Virus record (IMG/VR): IMGVR_UViG_3300028585_000020
Location: 1 to 64,000 of that record
Length of the DNA stretch: 64,000 bases
Reading direction: 5' to 3' (one strand)
Source of the DNA: a virus
Taxonomy: Duplodnaviria; Caudoviricetes
The notes beneath the pieces were generated by a model. It worked only from the letters and a program-made list of their open reading frames with translations. It did not search any database and was not told the DNA's origin. Shown here piece after piece: positions 14,471 to 22,616 of the stretch (position 1 is the stretch's first letter; each line of letters begins with the position of its first letter). The position numbers and the translations under genes were made by a program.

Positions 14471-15967
14471 ATGGCAACTAAGAAGCCTACAAAAGACACG
14501 GCTGCTCTGGCTGCTGATGAAGGTGTTACTGTACCGCGATTGAGTTTAAGTGAAAAAGGCTTTACCGGACTACGAACAGTCAACGGGCGAATTTACGAAG
14601 AGCTAAACGTTGCATTTACTTTCCCCTGCTTCTTCCGCACTATTGATGAGATGCGCAAGACGGCAATTATTGCCTCTGCCCTAAGCGTCTACAAAGTTCT
14701 CCTGTCTCGTGCATCTTGGAGCGTTGAAGCTCCTGTAGGTGCAACTGAAGAAGATAAAGAACGTGCAAAATTCATCGAGTCTCTTAAAGACGACATGGAA
14801 AATAGCTGGACAGACTTCATTGCTGATGTCGTAGATTATCTACCATATGGTTACAGCGTGCAAGAGAAAGTTTTCCGCAGACGTCTGTACAAGAACGGCT
14901 CTCGCTACAATGATGGCCTGATTGGCCTTCGTCGCATCTCCCCTCGTGCTCAAGAAACTATTGACAAATGGGAATTCTCCGAAGACGGGCGTGAATTGCT
15001 CGGAGTGCATCAGTCTATTGCAAGGATGGAAAATTCTTATCGCTATACAAAAATTACAAATGATGAGAATCTAATCTTCATCCCGCGTGAGAAGTTTATG
15101 CTGTTCTCTGCCGATGGCACAAGGGGTAATCCTCTTGGCAATTCAGTGCTCAAGGGGGTATATCTCGCTTGGAGACAGCGTTCGATGCTCATTGACCAAG
15201 AGATGCTAGGTGCTGCAAAAGAAGCTGCCAATCTTCCTGTCATTCGTATGCCAGCCAAGTATATGTCTCCTGATGCCTCAGACGAAGAAAAAGCTGTTTA
15301 TAAAACTTCTCTGGAAATTATGAAGCAGCTTGGAAACGGCACTAGCACAGGTATTGTTTTCCCTACGTTCTATAATGCCGACTCTAAAAAAGATGAATTT
15401 GACATCTCACTCTTGGATCAAAAAGGATTCAACGGTGCAGGCATTGACAGCATCATTCGTCGTTACACAGATGACATCTTGTCGGCCCTGTCTGTTGATA
15501 TTCTGAAGTCCGGGACAAATACTGGTAGTTTCTCTCTTGCCGATAATGACACTAATGTTCTTGCTTTGGCAATGGGGCACAGGCTTAAAGAGATTGCCTC
15601 GGTTCTGAATCACGATTTGATTCCACAAATTTACAAGTTGAACTCTTGGAAACTAGAGAATCTTCCTAAGTTTGTGCAGACAGATATTAGTGATGTTAGT
15701 ATCGAAGAATTTTCTAAAGGTATGCAGCGACTGGCGAGTACGGGAATTATGGAAATTGATCGCGCTGTTCTTAACAAATCTCGTGAAGTTATGGGCATTC
15801 AAAAACGTCCTGATGATGAGCCTGTAGATAAAGAGGCGCTTTCTACGAACGTATCTAATTCTGGTAAATCATTTGAAGCCGGTCGTTCAGGCGATGGCAC
15901 ATCTGTCGTAGGAGGAGAATCTTCTGGGCAGGACAGGTCGGTCAATAATTCAGAAAATGCGGCGTAA
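14471..15967 (+). CDS. portal protein
   Basis: 498 aa directly after terL; LPYGYSVQEKVF, GNPLGNSVLKGVYLAW, GSFSLA portal-like segments. Confidence 0.9.
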   Translation: MATKKPTKDTAALAADEGVTVPRLSLSEKGFTGLRTVNGRIYEELNVAFTFPCFFRTIDEMRKTAIIASALSVYKVLLSRASWSVEAPVGATEEDKERAKFIESLKDDMENSWTDFIADVVDYLPYGYSVQEKVFRRRLYKNGSRYNDGLIGLRRISPRAQETIDKWEFSEDGRELLGVHQSIARMENSYRYTKITNDENLIFIPREKFMLFSADGTRGNPLGNSVLKGVYLAWRQRSMLIDQEMLGAAKEAANLPVIRMPAKYMSPDASDEEKAVYKTSLEIMKQLGNGTSTGIVFPTFYNADSKKDEFDISLLDQKGFNGAGIDSIIRRYTDDILSALSVDILKSGTNTGSFSLADNDTNVLALAMGHRLKEIASVLNHDLIPQIYKLNSWKLENLPKFVQTDISDVSIEEFSKGMQRLASTGIMEIDRAVLNKSREVMGIQKRPDDEPVDKEALSTNVSNSGKSFEAGRSGDGTSVVGGESSGQDRSVNNSENAA

Positions 15968-15975
15968 AGGAAACT

Positions 15976-16848
15976 ATGTCAAAGCAAAATAAAATTGTTC
16001 GCTTCACTGACGAACTTCTCTCTCGCCCGCAGCTTATTACACCAGAAGCTTATGCAGTTATCCGGGACTACCTTGAAGCTCGCAACGATGGCACGCTGAA
16101 TAAGCCTTTCATCGGCATGTATGATTCTTGGGACGAAGATGATTCTCCTAAGAAAGCTAAACCTAACTACGATGTTAAGTCTGGTGTAGGTGTCATCAAT
16201 ATTACAGGGTCTTTGAGCGCTCGTCCAGTGGTAACTATGTGTGGCGAAGTGGGGACTTCCTACCAAGCCATCCTTGAGCAAACTGATGAGATGCTTGCAG
16301 CCGGTATCAAAACTATCGTGATGCATGTTAGCTCTGGCGGAGGCGAAGCCTACTCGTGCTTTACATCCGTTAGTCAGTTCCGCTCTATGGTAGACGAAGC
16401 TGGTGCAAAAGTCTACGGCTATGCTGATGGTATTGCTGCTAGTGCCGCCTACGCTTGGTTTTGCGCATGTGACGAAGGCTACGCCCACGCGGACACTGAG
16501 ACTGGTTCAATCGGAGTGGTATGTTCCCTGATTGATGACAGCAAGTATATGGAAAAAGAAGGCTTCAAACGAATCTACGTGCATGCGGGAGAATCCAAAG
16601 TTCCTTATGCAGAAGATGGCAGCATTCGTAAAGAGTTCATTGCTGACCTTCAATACAAGATTGATGCCCTCTACGAGAACTTCGTAGGTCACGTTGCCCT
16701 CCACACTGGCTTGTCTGCCGACGCAATCAAGAGTACGGAAGCTAAAACTTTCCTCTCTAAAGATGCACTTAAGCTCGGCCTGATTGATGGTATCAAAACT
16801 GAGCAAGAATTTCAACGGTATGTTACCTCTAAAATTAAAGGAGCTTAA
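15976..16848 (+). CDS. prohead protease, S49 (SppA-like) family
   Basis: SSGGGE, IAASAAYAW, ETGSIGVV motifs; position after portal. Confidence 0.9.
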   Translation: MSKQNKIVRFTDELLSRPQLITPEAYAVIRDYLEARNDGTLNKPFIGMYDSWDEDDSPKKAKPNYDVKSGVGVINITGSLSARPVVTMCGEVGTSYQAILEQTDEMLAAGIKTIVMHVSSGGGEAYSCFTSVSQFRSMVDEAGAKVYGYADGIAASAAYAWFCACDEGYAHADTETGSIGVVCSLIDDSKYMEKEGFKRIYVHAGESKVPYAEDGSIRKEFIADLQYKIDALYENFVGHVALHTGLSADAIKSTEAKTFLSKDALKLGLIDGIKTEQEFQRYVTSKIKGA

Positions 16849-17397
16849 ATGCTTAACGGTTTATTGAAAAAGATGGGCATCGACCCTGACGCTAAAAAGG
16901 AAGAAGTTGACATGAGTGTACAAGATAAAGCTCCAGCAGTCGAGCTTGCTAATTACGAGACGGTTGTTGCAGAACTTGCTACGCTGCAAGGTCAAATGAC
17001 TGAAGCACAGGCAACCATCGAAACTATGGCTGCGCAACATGCAGACGTTCTGGCCCAACTGGAAGCTGCTAACGCTGCTCTGGCGCAATCGGAAACTGCA
17101 CAGGCTGCTCTGGCTGCAAAAGCAAAAGAAGACATGAATACCGCCCGTCTTGCAAAACTGTCGGGAATCGTCGGAGACGCAAAAGCTCAAGCTGTGATGG
17201 CTACGATGGCTGATGCAAGTGAAGAGATGTTCGAGACTGTTGTTGGTGCAATGGCAGCTTCGTACACAGCAGAAGCAGAAAGCCCGCTTTTCAAAGAGGC
17301 CGGTCTTGATGCAGCCCCTGCACCTGTTGTTGAAAAAGATGCTGTACAACGTCTGGCAGATAATCTGGCAGCACAATTTAAAACTGTTACTAAATAA
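16849..17397 (+). CDS. scaffolding protein
   Basis: Ala/Glu-rich coiled coil between protease and decoration/capsid genes. Confidence 0.75.
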   Translation: MLNGLLKKMGIDPDAKKEEVDMSVQDKAPAVELANYETVVAELATLQGQMTEAQATIETMAAQHADVLAQLEAANAALAQSETAQAALAAKAKEDMNTARLAKLSGIVGDAKAQAVMATMADASEEMFETVVGAMAASYTAEAESPLFKEAGLDAAPAPVVEKDAVQRLADNLAAQFKTVTK

Positions 17398-17410
17398 AAG
17401 GAAATTAGAT

Positions 17411-17827
17411 ATGCCAATTATCGCCATTGACGACAAGCGTTATTCGACTCTTGTTAAACACGAATTTATGCCCGAAAAAGGCTACTGCAAAACTATGGTT
17501 ACTGTCAACGGCGCTGCCGCTAAAGTCGCCATCGGAACTGTGCTGGGTAAAGTTACTGCCAGCGGCAAATATAAAGTTGTGGAAGCCACTGCAACGGATG
17601 GTTCGGAAGTCGCTGTTGCTATCGTTGTTGGTGACAGCGTTGGTCGTCCAATCACTACAGACATGAAAGCAACCACTGACACCCAGTTCTTGGTGCTGCA
17701 TCGTGGCCCTGCTGGCGTTGCTCGTGGTGCTCTGGTCGTCGGCGCAAGTGTTGACACCGCAGAAGAACTGCAAACTGTGTATCGCCAACTGTCGGCAATC
17801 GGTATTGACGCTCTCGTAACCATCTAA
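17411..17827 (+). CDS. head decoration protein
   Basis: GTVLGKVTASGKYK...DGSEVAVAI pattern; ATG 17411 after AAGGA. Confidence 0.85.
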   Translation: MPIIAIDDKRYSTLVKHEFMPEKGYCKTMVTVNGAAAKVAIGTVLGKVTASGKYKVVEATATDGSEVAVAIVVGDSVGRPITTDMKATTDTQFLVLHRGPAGVARGALVVGASVDTAEELQTVYRQLSAIGIDALVTI

Positions 17828-17849
17828 TAATATTCAAGGAACTATTTAC

Positions 17850-18884
17850 ATGCCAATGATTACCAACCCATTTGACCTGACTGGCGTAGTTGATCTTACC
17901 CCAGCAGTTCGCAATCTCCCTATTCAGTACGGCGCTTTCAATCAAATGGGCATCTTCACTGAAGAAGGCGTCACGACTGAAACCGTGATGTTCATGGAAG
18001 AAACCTATGACGGCGCTCTGATTATCGACCGCGTTCGTGGGGACAAAAATAACGTCAACGGCCCAGAAAAGCGCCGTGCACACTCGTTCATCGTTCCTCA
18101 CTTCCCACTGGACGATTACATTTCGCCAAAAGACCTGCAATCGCGCTCGGCCTACGATGATTTTAGCGCTGTGGAGCAACTGGACAAAGTGCGTCAACGC
18201 AAAATCATGCGTATTCGTCAGAACCATGATTGGACTCTGAATGCTGCGCGCGCACAAGCACTGTTCACGGGTACTGCTTATGCACCTAATGGCACTATTA
18301 GCCAAAACTGGTACACGGAGTTTAACGTCACCCGTCCATCAGTCGATCTTCTGCTCGGTGCAAATGGTACTGAAGTTCTGGCTCAAATCGAACTAATTAT
18401 CCAAGCTGTACATGATGGTATGGGCGGTAATGGCACGTTCACTGGAATTGTGATCCCGATGGATACCGCACTGTTCAATCGTATCATCACCCATCCATCG
18501 GTGAAAGCTGCATACCAATTCCACGTTGCTAACGCTGGTATGGACCCAACTCGTGGCCGTCTTGCGGCAAATGGCTCGCCAATGCCAAATGGTCGTGAAT
18601 TCTCGTGGGGTGGTGTGACCTTCCGCGAAATCCGTGATTCGTACAACGGCCAGAAGATTGTTACCGCAAACGAAGGCGTTGCTGTGCCTATGGGTTCGGA
18701 CATGTTCCGTACTTACTTTGCTCCAGCAGAACGTTTCGGCATCGTTAACACTGAAGGTGAGAAACTGTACGTCTTCGAAGAAGCTGCGTCGAATGGAACC
18801 AAGATTACCATGGAAACTGAGTCGAATCACATCTCGGCCCTGCTGCGTCCACAAGCCGTTGTTCGCGTGTATAGCTCGAACTAA
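17850..18884 (+). CDS. major capsid protein (lambda gpE-like family)
   Basis: 344 aa, PHFPLDD.I.P.DLQ segment, followed by strong terminator. Confidence 0.93.
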   Translation: MPMITNPFDLTGVVDLTPAVRNLPIQYGAFNQMGIFTEEGVTTETVMFMEETYDGALIIDRVRGDKNNVNGPEKRRAHSFIVPHFPLDDYISPKDLQSRSAYDDFSAVEQLDKVRQRKIMRIRQNHDWTLNAARAQALFTGTAYAPNGTISQNWYTEFNVTRPSVDLLLGANGTEVLAQIELIIQAVHDGMGGNGTFTGIVIPMDTALFNRIITHPSVKAAYQFHVANAGMDPTRGRLAANGSPMPNGREFSWGGVTFREIRDSYNGQKIVTANEGVAVPMGSDMFRTYFAPAERFGIVNTEGEKLYVFEEAASNGTKITMETESNHISALLRPQAVVRVYSSN

Positions 18885-18903
18885 TCAGTAAGTAACATTG
18901 CTG

Positions 18904-18930
18904 AAGCCCCTTCTCCAAGAGGGGGCTTTT
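18904..18930 (+). terminator. intrinsic terminator after MCP
   Basis: AAGCCCCTTC/GAGGGGGCTT then TT. Confidence 0.85.
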
Positions 18931-18951
18931 ACAATTCTACTAGGAGATTAT

Positions 18952-19341
18952 ATGATCCTCGACTTATCTAATCCGGTTTCTCTCATGCGACTTCGTTGCG
19001 GGGATACTCGTGACATCCCTATTCTCCCTGATGAAGTTTATTCTGGCGCACTTGCAGAGAAAAAGGGAGACATCAAATCTGCCTCTATCCTGTGTGCACA
19101 TTACATTCTAGCCACTCTTGCTTTCAAGAGCCATCAGAAAATGATGGGGCTAGAAGTTTGGGGATCGGAAGCATTCAAGAACTATCAGTCATATCTCCAG
19201 ATGGTAGTCAAAAACCCAGACTTCACCGGCATCTCCCCACTGCCTTATTCTGAATCTGGTATCTCCCCGATTACTATGTTCCAGAAAAACTGGGCTGAAA
19301 CTTATAGTTGCGGTTGCCTTGAATATGTGGTTAAAGTATGA
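18952..19341 (+). CDS. head-tail connector/adaptor
   Basis: Position after MCP; MRLRCGD...ILPDEVY; AGGAG RBS. Confidence 0.7.
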   Translation: MILDLSNPVSLMRLRCGDTRDIPILPDEVYSGALAEKKGDIKSASILCAHYILATLAFKSHQKMMGLEVWGSEAFKNYQSYLQMVVKNPDFTGISPLPYSESGISPITMFQKNWAETYSCGCLEYVVKV

Positions 19342-19736
19342 TTGCTGATTTTGATAGCATGGTCAGCGACATGATGCAGATGTACGGTACATACGCTTAC
19401 ATTGACATTGCTGTTCGAGAGTATTTTGACGAAGACAAGTCAGAGAATATTGTAGTGCGTGCTGATTACCGAGTCAAGGCTTGTTTCTTCGATTATCTGG
19501 ACAAGATGGCTGGAACACGTACAGAAGGTAATACTCTTGTGCAATCTGGCGACAAGCAAGTTCTTATTCAGCCACCACACAAAACAGAAACGGGAATCCC
19601 GCTACCTCACATAACGCCCGGACGTGATCGATTAAAGATTAATGACGAAGTGTATAAAATTGTAACTGTCAAGGAATACAATCCATCCATGTCTCGTGCA
19701 GGCTGTGTGTTATACGAGGCTTACATCAGAAAATAA
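19338..19736 (+). CDS. head closure protein
   Basis: Position; VQSGDKQVLI, LKINDEVYKIVTVKEYNP beta-barrel pattern. Confidence 0.7.
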   Translation: MIADFDSMVSDMMQMYGTYAYIDIAVREYFDEDKSENIVVRADYRVKACFFDYLDKMAGTRTEGNTLVQSGDKQVLIQPPHKTETGIPLPHITPGRDRLKINDEVYKIVTVKEYNPSMSRAGCVLYEAYIRK

Positions 19737-19756
19737 ACCTACCAGAAAGGTAGATT

Positions 19757-22549
19757 ATGGCAATTAAGATTAGTCCCAGTTTAGCATTGATTTTAGCAAC
19801 AGGCACCTCGCAATATAGTCAAATTCGTTTACTTGATAGCGCCCTTGGCTCTGCCAAACGCATCAAAGCCAAGCGCAGTAGTGACGCAACCACACGTCAA
19901 AATTTGGTGTGGGCTACAGGGACATTGTTCCGTGATGCCGCGCTTAATGGTGGATTCTCTTTCAACGGAAAGAATATTACAGACTACGGGCTTACATCTG
20001 ATGTCACCACATCCTTAGCAGCAGATTTATCTACAGGTATTTCTGTTTTGCGGATTGAAGGAAATGGACACTGGCTTGAAGGCACACTAGGTTTGCCGAA
20101 TTCTGGGGCAGACTTTATTCTTCCTGTCAATCCCACCGCTTTCAATTCTATTGCAATTACCAGTGCCGTCAACCTGCTCCCTAACCCTAATATTCCAGAA
20201 GGGGTTCCTGACACATCACCACCGGCAGTGGCCCTGACTACCAGTGTTAGCAGCGTCACAACTAATCAGCCCATTACTCTATCTGCCACACCTACAGGCG
20301 GTAATGGCGTATCAAAAGTAGAGTTTTATCGCAGCGGTGTTTTGCTAGGAGAACGTACTTCTGCCCCTTGGCAGATGACAGACAATGCAACATATTTTGA
20401 GAATGGGACTCGCCACTATTACGCCAAAGCATACGATCCCGCAGGTAATGTTGGAGAGAGTGTCAGTAAACCTGTGTCGGTTTCTTTGCCATTTCCAGCA
20501 CCGAAGTCTGTTGCTGCTGTGTCAGTTGGCTCAAACTTGGTTTCCATTACAATTGAAAACACTTCTGCGACAACACAGACAAACGTCCCTATTACTTTCG
20601 CGCAAGCATTTGCCAGAGGGGCATTTCCAAGCACGAATGCGGCAGTTGAACTTAAGGCGGGCAGCGCAACTGCAATTACTTCGCAACTAGATGTTCGTGA
20701 CACTTACGCAGACGGCAGTATTAAGCACGCCGTAATTTCTGCGATCATTCCAAGTATGGCTGCAAGCTCTTCCACATCTTACAGTATTTTGCGGAAAACA
20801 GCATCCGGTACACCTGCCCCAGCAATCCCTACAGATTTCCCCGGATTGGATTCTGTTGTTACATTCACTGAAGCAGGTGTGGCTTATAGCGTGACTCTTG
20901 TCAATCTTTTGGCAGGGACAAGAGTTAATTGGCTATCTGGTAACATCGTAAGCGAATGGGAAGTTTATGGTTCCCCCAAGACAGCAGATGGCGTTGAGCA
21001 CGCACACTTGCATGTCCGCTTCTGCGTGAGGGCTTATAAAGGGCAAAATAAAGCTGTTGTAGATATTACGGTTGAGAACACTTGGGCCAATATTGGCTTT
21101 AAAGAGATTACAGCAGATGTTTCGATGATTGTCGGGGATTCAGTCGTTAAGTCCTATACGGCTCTCATTCACAGGCAAAGTGCGCGTTATAGGAACACCT
21201 TCTGGTGGAATACTTCTGTTCCGCCTGTGCACATTAAGCATGATTTCCCATATCTTGCGGCCCAAGGAATTCTGCCTAACTACTCGCCAAGTATTGTTCC
21301 TAGCGCAGCAACAGCAACAGCGCACAAAAACAATACTATAACTAAGGGTGGACCTTACGGTAATGGGACTATTCTTGCAGGAATGCCCACCACTGGAGCA
21401 CACGGCGAGATTGGCATCATTCCGGGATACGCTGTACTGTATGTATTACTTGGGAATGAGGATTCAAAAATTGCCACTCTTAATCAAGGGAATCTTTCGG
21501 GTGGCTGGAGTATGCACCGCCGAGACAAAGCAACTGGACGAGTTATCAGTCTTACGACGCAGCCGAAGTACCCTAATGGCGTTCCTGCGCCGCTCAATGC
21601 AAACACCAATGCTCTGACTCAAGATCGGCCACACCACCCAGATCAGGCATTCTTACCTTATTTGGTGACAGGAGATGTCTACTATTTGGAAGAACTAATT
21701 TATTGGGCAATGTATTGCTCATGGGGGCAAAACCCAAATACTCGTCAAGGTGACAAGGGTTTGTTCTTAGCCGACGAAGTTCGTGCTCAAGGTTGGTGCT
21801 TCCGATCCATGATCCATGCAGCTTGGATTGCTCCGGCATCTATGGGCAAGGCGGAATTTGAGTACATCCGGAAGAGTAACGTTGATTGGTATGATGCGCG
21901 GTACGTAAACAGCGCCGAAAAAGAGGCACGGCTTGGGGCGCTGTTTAATCAGTTCTTTTACGGCAATGGCGGGGTGTCTTTTGGGTTCTTTAATACCAAC
22001 AAAACTTTCATGGATCACTTCTTCACTGCGTCGGTTGGGCGCGGAGTAGAGCTTGGATTCACGGACATGCTCCCACTATTGGCCTTCAAAGCTAAATATA
22101 CCAATGCAATGTTATATGGTGTAGAAGGTGTTCACTGGGTGCAGGCTGGGGCATGGGTGCATCGCATCCGTGAAGGCAATGCTGGTTCAAGGAATTATGA
22201 GTCCATGAAAGAAGTGTATGCAGGCACGTTCTCTCCAGCAGTTCAGCAAGCGGCCCGAAACAGTAATCTAGGGACGCAGGAAATGGCCGATGCTTGGAAG
22301 GCTAATGACGCATGGCGCATGACAGTTGGAGGATCATTCCAAGATGGTGTTAGTAACCCATTCCCCGGAGATATGGACGGGTTCTCAGACAGCCCAACAG
22401 GCTACCCATCGAATCTACAAATTGCTGTTGCATACACCGCCGAGTTCAACACTCGACACGGACGTGAAGCTTGGGATGTTTTCATTAACCGCACAGTTAA
22501 GCCTAATTACGATACCAACCCCCAATTTGCAATTGTTCCACGTCAGTAA
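19757..22549 (+). CDS. putative virion-associated carbohydrate-active enzyme: N-terminal domain, Ig-like domain, RIFT-like domain, (alpha/alpha) barrel (PcRGLX/PL26-like)
   Basis: Ig-like VSKVEFY...YYAKAYDPAGN; VPITFAQAF...QLDV..TYADGSIKHAVIS; HHPDQAFLPYLVTGDVYYLEEL..W, VRAQGW; lyase activity is inference. Confidence 0.6.
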   Translation: MAIKISPSLALILATGTSQYSQIRLLDSALGSAKRIKAKRSSDATTRQNLVWATGTLFRDAALNGGFSFNGKNITDYGLTSDVTTSLAADLSTGISVLRIEGNGHWLEGTLGLPNSGADFILPVNPTAFNSIAITSAVNLLPNPNIPEGVPDTSPPAVALTTSVSSVTTNQPITLSATPTGGNGVSKVEFYRSGVLLGERTSAPWQMTDNATYFENGTRHYYAKAYDPAGNVGESVSKPVSVSLPFPAPKSVAAVSVGSNLVSITIENTSATTQTNVPITFAQAFARGAFPSTNAAVELKAGSATAITSQLDVRDTYADGSIKHAVISAIIPSMAASSSTSYSILRKTASGTPAPAIPTDFPGLDSVVTFTEAGVAYSVTLVNLLAGTRVNWLSGNIVSEWEVYGSPKTADGVEHAHLHVRFCVRAYKGQNKAVVDITVENTWANIGFKEITADVSMIVGDSVVKSYTALIHRQSARYRNTFWWNTSVPPVHIKHDFPYLAAQGILPNYSPSIVPSAATATAHKNNTITKGGPYGNGTILAGMPTTGAHGEIGIIPGYAVLYVLLGNEDSKIATLNQGNLSGGWSMHRRDKATGRVISLTTQPKYPNGVPAPLNANTNALTQDRPHHPDQAFLPYLVTGDVYYLEELIYWAMYCSWGQNPNTRQGDKGLFLADEVRAQGWCFRSMIHAAWIAPASMGKAEFEYIRKSNVDWYDARYVNSAEKEARLGALFNQFFYGNGGVSFGFFNTNKTFMDHFFTASVGRGVELGFTDMLPLLAFKAKYTNAMLYGVEGVHWVQAGAWVHRIREGNAGSRNYESMKEVYAGTFSPAVQQAARNSNLGTQEMADAWKANDAWRMTVGGSFQDGVSNPFPGDMDGFSDSPTGYPSNLQIAVAYTAEFNTRHGREAWDVFINRTVKPNYDTNPQFAIVPRQ

Positions 22550-22616
22550 ATAAAATAAAGGAAACAAAAATGTCAAGTAATTATAACAATGTAATTGCTC
22601 TTTCGAAGGATGCCCC